DNA from: Nitrospiria bacterium
GTDB taxonomy: Bacteria; Nitrospirota; Nitrospiria; SBBL01; JAADHI01
Direction: 5' to 3'
Assembly (NCBI GenBank): GCA_945787655.1
Contig: CALZIJ010000008.1
Location: 26,644 to 90,643, forward strand
DNA length: 64,000 nucleotides
Below the pieces are notes generated by a model that was not told the DNA's origin, did not search any database, and saw only the letters and a program-made list of their open reading frames with translations. Positions 44,535 through 54,521 of the stretch are shown here, piece after piece (position 1 is the stretch's first letter; each line of letters opens with the position of its first letter). The translations under genes and the position numbers were made by a program.

Positions 44535-45950
44535 GTGACTAAAAGAGGACTGGAAATAGAATCAGTAGGCGCAGGCAGCATCGCGGCAGAGATTGGCATA
44601 CAGCCAAAAGATCGATTGCTGAGCCTGAACGGTCACCCCATCAAAGACTTGCTCGATTACAAGTTCCGGGCGGGTGAAGAAAGTTTCGTCCTTGAAATCT
44701 CAAAACCCAATGGGGAAGTTTGGGAAGTCGATATTGAAAAAGAGCTGGATGAAGACCTCGGTATCGAACCCGTTGAAATGAAAATCCGGCAATGCCCCAA
44801 TAAATGCCTCTTTTGTTTTGTCGACCAAATGCCGGAGGGGGAGCGAAAAGCCCTTTATATCCGGGATGAAGACTATCGGTTTTCCTTTCTTTTTGGAAAC
44901 TACATTACCCTGACCAACCTTTCGAGAAGAGACAAGGAACGCATTTTCGAGCAAAAAATGAGCCCGCTGTATATCTCGGTGCACACCACTGATATCGAGC
45001 TTCGCAAATCTCTGCTGGAAAACCCCAGAGCACGGCCAATCCTGGGGGAAATCGAGGAAATGATCTCTCACAACATTGTTTTACATACACAAATTGTCCT
45101 TTGCCCTGGGCTAAACGACGGCCATTATCTACATAAAAGTATCGAGGAGTTGTCAGAGCGCTATCCAGGGGTCGAATCTCTCGCGATTGTGCCCGTGGGT
45201 CTCACCCGTCACCGTGAAGGTCTTCCGGAAGTCAAAACGATTGATGCCGACTATGCCCGTGAAGTCATTGCCCTTGTCAATACATGGCAGGAACGATTCA
45301 AAAAAAGCCTGGGAGATGCCTTTGTCTTTGCGGCGGATGAATGGTTTATTATCGCCGGCATTCCCTTTCCGCCGCTGGAAGCCTATGGCCCTTTACGTCA
45401 GCTTGAAAATGGGGTTGGCATGCTGCCACTTTTTTTAGAAACCTTTGAAAATACGGATTTATCAGAACCTATTTCGGCCGAAACACCTGCACAATTCCTG
45501 CTCGTGACCGGAACATCTTTCACTGAGTATCTAAAAAAATGCCTTAAAAAGCTCATTTGTAAAAACGTCTCTTTTAAAGTACTGACCATTATGAATCATT
45601 TTTTTGGGGATTCCGTCACAGTCGCCGGACTGATCACAGGGGGTGATATTATTACCGCCGTGAAAAAAGAGCTTCAATCTTCTCAAAGCGCAACACCGCA
45701 AGTGCTCCTCATTCCGGATGTCATGCTGGCTGAAACTCAAAAAGACTTTCTCGACAGCACAACCCGGGAAGAAATCGAACAGGAACTCGGCATACCCACT
45801 TATATTGTTCCCACCGACGCCAGCGGGTTTATCGCTTGCCTGGATGACTTGATGGCCTTTCCTCCTGAACGCAATCTTGCACGCCCGCGGATGGAAGAGA
45901 CCCCAGCCATACACAAATACATGGATGAGGGCCTCGGCATGGTGACATGA
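44535..45950 (+). CDS. PDZ + radical-SAM-like + DUF512 protein
   Basis: GTG start after GAGGGGGAAG. An N-terminal PDZ-like segment is followed by the CPNKCLFCF cysteine motif and a long C-terminal domain, the layout of DUF512 family proteins. Confidence 0.7.
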   Translation: MTKRGLEIESVGAGSIAAEIGIQPKDRLLSLNGHPIKDLLDYKFRAGEESFVLEISKPNGEVWEVDIEKELDEDLGIEPVEMKIRQCPNKCLFCFVDQMPEGERKALYIRDEDYRFSFLFGNYITLTNLSRRDKERIFEQKMSPLYISVHTTDIELRKSLLENPRARPILGEIEEMISHNIVLHTQIVLCPGLNDGHYLHKSIEELSERYPGVESLAIVPVGLTRHREGLPEVKTIDADYAREVIALVNTWQERFKKSLGDAFVFAADEWFIIAGIPFPPLEAYGPLRQLENGVGMLPLFLETFENTDLSEPISAETPAQFLLVTGTSFTEYLKKCLKKLICKNVSFKVLTIMNHFFGDSVTVAGLITGGDIITAVKKELQSSQSATPQVLLIPDVMLAETQKDFLDSTTREEIEQELGIPTYIVPTDASGFIACLDDLMAFPPERNLARPRMEETPAIHKYMDEGLGMVT

Positions 45951-46819
45951 GTGCCTTAAACGCTTCGGGATTCACCCGGGTTTATGGCATTTTTGGACAT
46001 CCGGTGCGTCATACCTTGTCGCCGCAGATGCATCAAGCGGCCTTTGAGTCGCTGGGAATGCAAGCCGCCTATCTCCCTTTTGAAGTGCATCCGAACCAGT
46101 TGCAACAAGCAGTTGATTCGATCCCTGCACTCGGCATTCAGGGCGTCAACGTTACTTTGCCTCACAAAGAAAAAGTCATGGCTTTTCTCGATGACATTGA
46201 TTCAGAGGCTGAGCAAATCGGGGCAGTCAATACCATTAAAAATGATTCAGGACGATTAATCGGCTATAACACCGACGGCAGAGGATATGTGGCCTCACTG
46301 GAAGAAATGTTCGTCACGCCTGCGGAAAAAACTGTTATTCTCCTCGGTGCCGGCGGCGCGGCAAAAGGGGTTGCCGTGGCCCTCATTAAAGCTGGCGTGA
46401 AAGAAATTTTCATTCGAAGCCGGCGAAAAGAAGCCGGGACCGCATTATCCACCCATCTTAAAAGCGCCACCGGTTTTACAAATATTTCGGTGATGCCCTT
46501 TGATCAACAAGAAACAGACTCATTCAGTACCCAAAACCCGGTACTGTTAATCAACACCACTCCCCTGGGGATGAAAGCCGGCGACCCGATTCCCTTCCCC
46601 CCCCATCTCATCCAGGCCTCCTGGACCGTTTCCGATTTGATTTATCGTCCAAGTGAAACCCCACTGCTTAAAACCGCAAAAAAAGCAGGGGCTAAAACAG
46701 TCCCGGGCCTTGGCATGCTGCTTCATCAAGGCGTGCTGTCATTTCAACTATGGACCTCGCTGCACCCCCCGATTGAGCACATGAAACAAGCACTTCTTAA
46801 AGCCATTTCAAACACCTGA
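45947..46819 (+). CDS. aroE: Shikimate dehydrogenase
   Basis: GHPVRHTLSPQMH, NVTLPHK, GAVNT, and GAGGAAKG NADP-binding motifs. An ATGA overlap links it to the upstream gene. Confidence 0.9.
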   Translation: MSALNASGFTRVYGIFGHPVRHTLSPQMHQAAFESLGMQAAYLPFEVHPNQLQQAVDSIPALGIQGVNVTLPHKEKVMAFLDDIDSEAEQIGAVNTIKNDSGRLIGYNTDGRGYVASLEEMFVTPAEKTVILLGAGGAAKGVAVALIKAGVKEIFIRSRRKEAGTALSTHLKSATGFTNISVMPFDQQETDSFSTQNPVLLINTTPLGMKAGDPIPFPPHLIQASWTVSDLIYRPSETPLLKTAKKAGAKTVPGLGMLLHQGVLSFQLWTSLHPPIEHMKQALLKAISNT

Positions 46820-46998
46820 ATTTTACCCGTTTAGAGCCGCCCGCAAGCCCCTGGTTTGGTTGACAGTCCGGGGATCATCGGATAAGCTTTTTTGCAGAAG
46901 TAACAGGGTTTTAGGGTCCCCAGCCTGCCTATCGAAGAGACGATAGGCTATAAAAAGGGGGGAAATGTCCTTCTGTTTATCCAGTATTTTATGGGGTT

Positions 46999-48810
46999 TT
47001 GCCATTGATAACCGACCGGTTAGGGGCTATGCTTGTCAAGGCCAACCTTGTCTCCGAAGAGGAGGCGCAAAAAGCATTGCTTGTCCAAACAAAACAGGGC
47101 GGCCGGATTGGCAGTATCCTTGTTCGTCTTGGCTTTATCGATGAAGTCAAGCTCCTTGATTTTCTAAGCCGTCAGTACGGGCTCTCCGCAGTCGACCTGA
47201 GCAAAACCAACATCGATCCCGATGTCATCAAAGTCGTTCCGCTCGATCTGGTTAAAAAATACCGCATCGTCCCCATTAAACGCCGCGGGGCCACACTGTG
47301 CATCGCCATGATTGACCCAAGCGATGTCTTTGCCATTGACGATATTAAGTTTATGACCGGCTACAATATCGAACCGGTCATTGCGACAGAATCCAGTGTC
47401 ATCGAAACCATTCAAAAATTTTACGGCAAAGAAGTCGCGCCGGAAAAAGAAGAATCCTTTTCCCTTGAGGCCAAAGACTACACCCTGGCTGAAAATATGG
47501 ACGATGATGACTTTATGGACGATAAGCAGGACGGGCCTCTGGTCTCGGTGGAAGATTTCGATACCGTTGTTGGCGATGCGCTGGAAAATGTGGATGTCGT
47601 TGAAGATGAACAGGAAGAAGGCGCCATTCAGGATGTGGCCGCCCCCATTGTGAAGCTGGTCAACGGCATTTTGGTCAATGCAATCAAAGTCGGGGCAAGT
47701 GATATTCATATCGAGCCTTTTGAAACCGTCTTCCGCATCCGGCTTCGTGTCGATGGGGTGCTTAAAACCATCATGAACCTGCCCACCAAGATTAAGAATG
47801 CTGTGGTGTCCCGTTTAAAAATTATGTCCAAACTTGATATTGCCGAACGCCGCCTTCCTCAGGATGGCCGTATCAAATTAAAACTGGGGAAAAAAAAGGA
47901 AGTCGATTTCCGGGTGTCCACCCTGCCCTGTCTTTTTGGCGAAAAAGTGGTGATGCGTATTTTAGACAAGGGGAACCTGACCTTTGATCTCACCAAACTG
48001 GGCTTTGAGGAAACAGCCTTAAAAAACTTTAATGCTGCGGTGCATTCCCCATACGGTATGGTCCTTGTCACCGGGCCCACAGGAAGTGGAAAGACAACCA
48101 CCCTGTACTCCGCCTTGAGTACCGTCAATACACAAGAAATCAATATAATGACGGCCGAAGATCCGGTCGAATATAACTTACTCGGCATCAACCAGGTTCA
48201 AATGAAAGACGAAATTGGTCTCAATTTCGCCGCAGCGCTCCGCTCTTTTTTGCGGCAGGATCCGGATGTGGTCATGGTCGGGGAAATTCGTGATTACGAA
48301 ACTGCTGAAATCGGGGTCAAGGCCGCACTCACCGGGCATCTGGTTTTATCCACCCTTCACACCAATGACGCTCCCGGTACCGTTAACCGTCTTCTCAACA
48401 TGGGTGTCGAACCTTTCCTTGTGGCCTCTTCGGTCATCCTGATTCTTGCCCAGCGCCTCGCCCGCCGGATTTGCCAGTACTGCAAAGAAGTCGATCCAGT
48501 CAACTCCGAGGCCCTTCATGAAGCCGGGTTCAGGGAAAAAAATCTTGAAGAATTGGTCGTTTATAAGGGAAAAGGCTGCGACAAATGCAGCAAAACCGGA
48601 TACAAAGGGCGGGTTGCGTTGTATGAAGTCATGCCAATCAAGAGCAAAATACGGGAACAAATTCTTCAAGGGGCAACGACTGAGGAAATTAAATCCACAG
48701 CAATCGCTGAAGGAATGAAAACACTCCGGATGAGCGGCCTGGGCAAGGTTATTGAAGGAATAACCACAATTGAAGAAGTACTCAACAATACCATGGCAGA
48801 TAGAGATTAA
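46999..48810 (+). CDS. pilB: Type IV pilus assembly ATPase PilB
   Basis: GPTGSGKTT Walker A, VMVGEIRD, TGHLVLSTLHTND and tetra-Cys (CQYC...CDKC). The N-terminal tandem RLGAMLV.../RIGSILVRLGFIDEVKLLDFLSRQ is an MshEN-type repeat. The TTG start is needed to include that motif. Confidence 0.9.
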   Translation: MPLITDRLGAMLVKANLVSEEEAQKALLVQTKQGGRIGSILVRLGFIDEVKLLDFLSRQYGLSAVDLSKTNIDPDVIKVVPLDLVKKYRIVPIKRRGATLCIAMIDPSDVFAIDDIKFMTGYNIEPVIATESSVIETIQKFYGKEVAPEKEESFSLEAKDYTLAENMDDDDFMDDKQDGPLVSVEDFDTVVGDALENVDVVEDEQEEGAIQDVAAPIVKLVNGILVNAIKVGASDIHIEPFETVFRIRLRVDGVLKTIMNLPTKIKNAVVSRLKIMSKLDIAERRLPQDGRIKLKLGKKKEVDFRVSTLPCLFGEKVVMRILDKGNLTFDLTKLGFEETALKNFNAAVHSPYGMVLVTGPTGSGKTTTLYSALSTVNTQEINIMTAEDPVEYNLLGINQVQMKDEIGLNFAAALRSFLRQDPDVVMVGEIRDYETAEIGVKAALTGHLVLSTLHTNDAPGTVNRLLNMGVEPFLVASSVILILAQRLARRICQYCKEVDPVNSEALHEAGFREKNLEELVVYKGKGCDKCSKTGYKGRVALYEVMPIKSKIREQILQGATTEEIKSTAIAEGMKTLRMSGLGKVIEGITTIEEVLNNTMADRD

Positions 48811-48840
48811 AAACGCCGATGACGATTGGAGAAATTGTGC

Positions 48841-49977
48841 ATGCCTAATTTACATCAACTACTTCAAAGCATGATTGAAAAAGGAGCCTCTGACTTACAT
48901 ATTACGACAGGTTCACCGCCCATGGCGCGTATAAATGGGAGTCTGGCTCCCCTCGACCCGGCTTCCTTAAAACCCGCGGAAACAAAACAACTGCTGTACA
49001 GTGTCCTGACCGATGCCCAAAAACATCGTTTTGAAGAAGAAAATGAGCTGGATTTTTCTTTTGGTTTGAAAGGATTAAGCCGCTTTAGAGGCAATATTTT
49101 CATGCAGCGCGGGGCGGTTTCCGGCGCGATACGAACCATCCCGTTTAAAATATTGTCTTTCAATGAACTGGGACTGCCTTCAGTCGTCAATAACCTGGTT
49201 AAAAAACCCCGTGGTCTGATTCTCGTCACCGGCCCTACAGGCAGTGGAAAGTCAACCACCCTCGCTTCGATGATCGACAAGGTGAATGAGGAGCGGCACG
49301 ATCACATTATTACCATTGAAGATCCGATTGAATTTCTGCATCCCCATAAAAAATGTATTGTCAACCAGCGGGAAGTGACTTCAGATACAAAGTCCTTCAA
49401 AACCGCTTTAAAATATGTTTTAAGGCAAGACCCCGACGTCGTGCTCATCGGGGAATTGAGAGATCTTGAAACCATCGAAGCCGCGCTGACTCTGGCGGAA
49501 ACCGGACATTTAACATTCGGCACCCTGCATACCAATTCTGCCGCCCAAACCGTCAACCGGATTGTGGATGTCTTTCCATCGCATCAACAACCGCAAATTC
49601 GCGCACAGCTGGCACTGGTGCTTGAAGGCGTTCTTTCCCAGCAACTGATTCCAAAAAAGAATGGACAGGGACGTGAAATGGCCCTGGAAGTCATGGTACC
49701 AACATCCGCCATTCGCAATCTGATTCGGGAAGACAAGGTCCACCAAATCTACTCTTCCATGCAAACAGGCCAGGGACAAAACGGGATGCAGACCATGAAC
49801 CAGTCACTTTGTGATCTGGTCAAAAAAGGCGTGGTGTCCCTTGATGACGCGATCGGACGTTCCGGCCAGCCCGATGAACTATCGACACTGGTTCAGCGAA
49901 GCAGGGGCGGCATGCAAACCCCTCCGGGTGCGGGACAACCTGCTCCAAGGCGGGCAAGCAATATTAAATACCAGTAA
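48841..49977 (+). CDS. pilT: Twitching motility ATPase PilT
   Basis: GASDLH, GPTGSGKSTT, VLIGELRD and TGHLTFGTLHTNSA motifs. The start was set to the ATG at 48841, after GGAG. Confidence 0.9.
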   Translation: MPNLHQLLQSMIEKGASDLHITTGSPPMARINGSLAPLDPASLKPAETKQLLYSVLTDAQKHRFEEENELDFSFGLKGLSRFRGNIFMQRGAVSGAIRTIPFKILSFNELGLPSVVNNLVKKPRGLILVTGPTGSGKSTTLASMIDKVNEERHDHIITIEDPIEFLHPHKKCIVNQREVTSDTKSFKTALKYVLRQDPDVVLIGELRDLETIEAALTLAETGHLTFGTLHTNSAAQTVNRIVDVFPSHQQPQIRAQLALVLEGVLSQQLIPKKNGQGREMALEVMVPTSAIRNLIREDKVHQIYSSMQTGQGQNGMQTMNQSLCDLVKKGVVSLDDAIGRSGQPDELSTLVQRSRGGMQTPPGAGQPAPRRASNIKYQ

Positions 49978-50009
49978 TAAATTAACGGCGTTATAAGGAG
50001 GATTAGTCA

Positions 50010-51212
50010 ATGGCAACTTTTGCATGGACGGGGAAGACACGGCAAGGCGGCGTCAAAAAAGGCGAAATCGTTGCGGGCAACCGTGATGAGGCAATGAATC
50101 TACTCCAAAAAGATCAAATTCTTGTCACTTCGGTTAAGAAGAAAGCCACAGAAATCAACCTCTCCTTCGGTGAAAAAAAAGTAACCGACAAAGACATTGT
50201 GATCTTTACCCGTCAATTTGCCACAATGATCGATGCCGGGCTGCCATTGGTTCAATGCCTTGAAATCTTAGGAAATCAATCTGAACATCCCACCCTGGCC
50301 AAGGCCATTAACGAAGTGAGAGGGGATGTCGAATCGGGGTCAACCTATGCCGATGCCCTGCGCAAGCATCCGAAAGTTTTTGACGAACTCTATGTCAACA
50401 TGGTCGCCGCCGGAGAAACAGGGGGTATTTTAGATACCATTTTAAACCGGCTGTCTCAACATATTGAAAAAGCAATGAAATTAAAAAAACAGATCAAATC
50501 TGCCATGGTGTACCCGATTACGATTCTTACCGTTGCAGTCGCTGTGATCGTGATTTTAATGGTTTTTGTGATTCCGATTTTCGCCAAAATGTTTACTGAT
50601 TTCGGCGGCACCCTCCCCGGCCTGACACAAATGGTCATTGATCTGAGCCATTTCATGCAGCGCAATATTATTTATATGGTGATCGCAACATGGGGAATGG
50701 CATGGGGAATTAAACGATATTACCGTACACCGAAAGGGAATTTTAATATCGACAAATGGGCACTCAAAACACCTGTCGTCGGAGACCTGATTCAGAAAGC
50801 CAGTATCGCCAAATTTACAAGGACGTTGGGAACCTTGATTACCAGCGGCGTCCCCATTTTAGAAGGGCTTGGCATTGTGGCCAAAACATCAGGGAATAAG
50901 GTCGTTGAAAAGGCCATTATGAACGCGAGGCAAAGTATCAGCGAGGGGAAAACCATTTCAGATCCTTTAGCGAAAGAAGAGGTCTTCCCACCCATGGTGG
51001 TGCAAATGATTGCAGTCGGTGAAACCACAGGAGCCATTGACGGGATGCTGGGTAAAATCGCAGATTTTTACGACGATGAAGTGGATACCGCTGTAACCAC
51101 TCTGACCTCCATGCTTGAGCCCGCGATGATGGTCTTTCTTGGAATCACCATCGGAACAATTGTCATTGCCATGTATCTTCCTGTTTTCGAAATGGCTTCC
51201 ATTGTCGGGTAA
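50010..51212 (+). CDS. pilC: Type IV pilus platform protein PilC
   Basis: A duplicated GspF/PilC domain (FTRQFATMIDAGLPL... and FTRTLGTLITSGVPI...) with 3 TM segments. Confidence 0.9.
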   Translation: MATFAWTGKTRQGGVKKGEIVAGNRDEAMNLLQKDQILVTSVKKKATEINLSFGEKKVTDKDIVIFTRQFATMIDAGLPLVQCLEILGNQSEHPTLAKAINEVRGDVESGSTYADALRKHPKVFDELYVNMVAAGETGGILDTILNRLSQHIEKAMKLKKQIKSAMVYPITILTVAVAVIVILMVFVIPIFAKMFTDFGGTLPGLTQMVIDLSHFMQRNIIYMVIATWGMAWGIKRYYRTPKGNFNIDKWALKTPVVGDLIQKASIAKFTRTLGTLITSGVPILEGLGIVAKTSGNKVVEKAIMNARQSISEGKTISDPLAKEEVFPPMVVQMIAVGETTGAIDGMLGKIADFYDDEVDTAVTTLTSMLEPAMMVFLGITIGTIVIAMYLPVFEMASIVG

Positions 51213-51295
51213 AGGGAAACCGCCGGTTCTAAAGATTAGACTTCTTTAATGAAGAAAGATAGTACCGGCACATATTAGAGCGGGCCAATTCCAAA

Positions 51296-53035
51296 ATGAA
51301 CTCTCCTGTCAATCAAGCAGAAAATACACTTCAAAAACGCATCATCTATATGATGGTGCTTCGCGTTGTATTGGTCACGCTCTTTATCGGTCTTCCTCTC
51401 TTACTTGAAATCGAAAACATAAAACATCCGAGATCCATCAGCATTTTTTACCTGCTGATTGGCACAACCTACGTGTTGAGTATTTTTTACGCAGTCTTTC
51501 TCCGCATCAAAGGGCCTTCCCTTCTTTTTACATCCTTTCAATTAGCCGCAGACCTTTTATTGGGAACCCTCCTGATTGCCGTCACCGGAGGGCTGGGCAG
51601 CCCCTTCCCCTTTCTTTTTATTATTACCATTGTTTCTGCCTCTATTTTCTTTCATCACCGGGGCGGCTTCGTGATGGCTGTGTGTTCAACATTTTTATTC
51701 GGCATACTGGCACTGTCTCAACGCGCCCAAATTCCTCCTTTTGAAAAAGCCCTGCTTTTAAGCGATAAGGAAATATTTTATGGTTTTTTCCTTTACACCA
51801 TCGCATTTTTTACCGTCGGAATTCTAAGCGGGCATCTGGCTAAAAGGCTTCGGGAAAAAGAGATCGGTTTTTCAGACCTCCAAGTTTTCCATGAAGATAT
51901 TGTCCACAGCATGCCCAGCGGTTTGATTACGACGGATCTTGTTGGTGAAATTACCTCATTTAACCGCTCTGCAATGGAAATCACCGGCTATAGCTCCGAA
52001 GAAGTGATCGGAAAAATCTGGTGGGAAATATTTTCCTGGGACAATATTGAAAAACGTTTTGAAGCCTTGGCCAAAACAGGCTTGCCCCAGCGGTTTGAAG
52101 GAAAAATTCAGGATAAATCTGGAAATCCCTGCCTGCTGGGGGTCACCATTTCCGCACTCCGGAATGAACAAGGTGAGCAAACCGGGATTATTGGGACTTT
52201 TCAGGATCTCACCGAGATCAGAAACCTCGAAGAAGCCGTACAACGGAAAGAACGGCTTGCCACGATTGGTGAAATGGCCGCAGGCATGGCCCACGAAATA
52301 CGAAACCCGCTCGCTTCACTCAGTGGATCCATTCAAGTCCTTCAAAATGAACTCGAGCTCAATGGAGAAAACCTGAAGCTGATGGACATCGCCATTAAGG
52401 AATCAGAGCGGCTCAATGCTTTTGTGACGCAATTTCTCAGATATGCACGGCCACTTCCACCGCAACGGGAATGGGTTAACCTGCAACATTTGCTGTCCGA
52501 AACTACTCACTTAATAGAGAATAACCCTGCTTATACCCAACGGATACAGATTATTCTTGAGGAAACTGAAAGCCCGATTCTAGCCTTTATTGATCCGGAC
52601 CAAATGAAACAGGTTTTCTGGAACCTGATCAACAATGCCTATCAAGCCATGCAGGGCCGTGGGACATTGACATTATCTGTTCATCACATTACCCGCCGTC
52701 TTGAAGAAGACACAATAGAAATTCTGTTTAAGGACACCGGCAAGGGTATTTCGGAAGGAGATCTTGCCAATATATTCGATCCTTTCTTCACCACTAAAAG
52801 TGCAGGATCGGGACTGGGGCTGGCCATTGTACAACGGATCATCGAAGAACATGCGGGCAACATTTCGGTGGCAAGCCAACCGGGCAAGACAATCTTTAAA
52901 GTACAACTCCCCTTTTCGTCGACTGACGCGCCCCCGACCATGGAATCACCCGCGGTTGAGTATTCCAGTGAAACCACAGAAACCCCTGGGCAGGGGCATG
53001 AAAGCAAGCACGATCTAACTTCTGTAAAAAAATAA
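51296..53035 (+). CDS. pilS: PilS-like sensor histidine kinase (multi-TM, PAS, HisKA, HATPase)
   Basis: About 6 N-terminal TM helices. A PAS-like segment is followed by the GMAHEIRNPL H-box and the N/G boxes (NLINNAYQA, GSGLGLAIV). It lies between pilC and pilR. Confidence 0.75.
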   Translation: MNSPVNQAENTLQKRIIYMMVLRVVLVTLFIGLPLLLEIENIKHPRSISIFYLLIGTTYVLSIFYAVFLRIKGPSLLFTSFQLAADLLLGTLLIAVTGGLGSPFPFLFIITIVSASIFFHHRGGFVMAVCSTFLFGILALSQRAQIPPFEKALLLSDKEIFYGFFLYTIAFFTVGILSGHLAKRLREKEIGFSDLQVFHEDIVHSMPSGLITTDLVGEITSFNRSAMEITGYSSEEVIGKIWWEIFSWDNIEKRFEALAKTGLPQRFEGKIQDKSGNPCLLGVTISALRNEQGEQTGIIGTFQDLTEIRNLEEAVQRKERLATIGEMAAGMAHEIRNPLASLSGSIQVLQNELELNGENLKLMDIAIKESERLNAFVTQFLRYARPLPPQREWVNLQHLLSETTHLIENNPAYTQRIQIILEETESPILAFIDPDQMKQVFWNLINNAYQAMQGRGTLTLSVHHITRRLEEDTIEILFKDTGKGISEGDLANIFDPFFTTKSAGSGLGLAIVQRIIEEHAGNISVASQPGKTIFKVQLPFSSTDAPPTMESPAVEYSSETTETPGQGHESKHDLTSVKK

Positions 53036-53049
53036 CGGGTTCATAAATT

Positions 53050-54453
53050 ATGAGTCAAATTTTAATCGTCGATAATGAAAAAAGCATGCGCGACTTCTTA
53101 AGTATTGTGCTTAAAAAAGAGGGATACGACTGCAAAACAGCAGAAGATGGCGAACAAGCGCTCAGCCTGGTCGAGAATGAAGGCGCAGATGTTGTTATTA
53201 CAGACATTAAAATGCCCAAAATGAACGGGCTTAGCCTGCTTCGAGCCTTAAAAGAAAGTGCCCCGGAGACAGCCACTGTCATGATGACTGCCTTTGCCTC
53301 TACGGAAACCGCGATTCAGGCAATGAAAGAAGGGGCCTATGATTATTTGACCAAACCCTTTCAAATTGATGAAGTCAAACTCATCCTCAAAAACGTTTTG
53401 GAACGCAAAACCCTGCGTCAGGAAAATTCTCAACTTCGCCGTGAGCTTAAAACCAAGTCGGATTTCAGGCAAATTATCGGGAAAAGCCACAAAATGCGGC
53501 AAGTCCTCGATCTCGTTGAAAAGGTGGCAGACAATAAAAGTAATGTCCTGATCACCGGAGAATCCGGAACAGGGAAAGAAATGATCGCCCGCGCCATTCA
53601 TTACAACAGCAGCAGAAAAGACCACGCCTTTGTCACAGTCAACTGCAGCGCCTTGCCTGAAAATTTGCTGGAAAGTGAACTTTTCGGCCATGTAAAAGGG
53701 TCTTTTACCGGAGCCATTGGCAATAAACCCGGATTGTTTGAAACCGCGGACAAAGGGAGTATTCTGCTCGATGAAATTGGAGAAACCTCACTGGCCATAC
53801 AAGTCAAGCTGCTTCGGGTATTGCAGGAACGTGAAATCCGGCGTGTCGGAGGCACAAAAGATATCAAAGTGGATATTCGTATTATTGCAGCCACCAACAA
53901 AAATCTTGAAGATTTGATTGCTGAAGGCAAGTTCAGGGAAGACCTCTACTATCGGCTTGATGTCATCCCGATTCACTTACCCCCCCTGCGGGAGAGAGCC
54001 GAAGATGTCTCCCTTTTGGCCCATTATTTTCTTGAAAAATTTAATGATAAACTTGACAAAAAAGTAGAAGCCATCTCACCTGAAGTCATCCGTTTGCTGA
54101 CCCAGCATGAGTGGAAAGGGAATGTCCGTGAATTGGAAAATGTCCTTGAACGGGCGGTTGCCCTCACTTCTAATAGTGTTCTTTCGCCTGATGATTTCAG
54201 AGTACATTTTCTAAAACCCCAACAAAACATCCCTGTCCCGGCCGCAATACCGGAAGAGGGTCTTGACCTTGAAAAACTAATAGAGACCATTGAAAAAGAA
54301 CTTTTGCTGAAGGCCCTGGAAGAAACGCGTTGGGTTAAAAAAGAGGCCGCAAAACGGCTGCACCTCAACTTTCGTTCATTTCGTTACCGCTTGGCCAAAT
54401 ACGGTATCCACCGGCAACAGGAAAATAGCAGTCCGGACCAATTGGCCTGTTAA
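53050..54453 (+). CDS. pilR: PilR-like sigma54-dependent response regulator
   Basis: REC domain (DIKMPKMNG), AAA+ domain (GESGTGKE, GAFTGA-like GSFTGA, ESELFGH) and a C-terminal Fis-type HTH. Confidence 0.85.
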   Translation: MSQILIVDNEKSMRDFLSIVLKKEGYDCKTAEDGEQALSLVENEGADVVITDIKMPKMNGLSLLRALKESAPETATVMMTAFASTETAIQAMKEGAYDYLTKPFQIDEVKLILKNVLERKTLRQENSQLRRELKTKSDFRQIIGKSHKMRQVLDLVEKVADNKSNVLITGESGTGKEMIARAIHYNSSRKDHAFVTVNCSALPENLLESELFGHVKGSFTGAIGNKPGLFETADKGSILLDEIGETSLAIQVKLLRVLQEREIRRVGGTKDIKVDIRIIAATNKNLEDLIAEGKFREDLYYRLDVIPIHLPPLRERAEDVSLLAHYFLEKFNDKLDKKVEAISPEVIRLLTQHEWKGNVRELENVLERAVALTSNSVLSPDDFRVHFLKPQQNIPVPAAIPEEGLDLEKLIETIEKELLLKALEETRWVKKEAAKRLHLNFRSFRYRLAKYGIHRQQENSSPDQLAC

Positions 54454-54521
54454 ACCATGATCGACATCGCAATTTCTGCATCATCGCAATTTCTTCATCG
54501 CAGTGTTATCATCGTAGCGAA

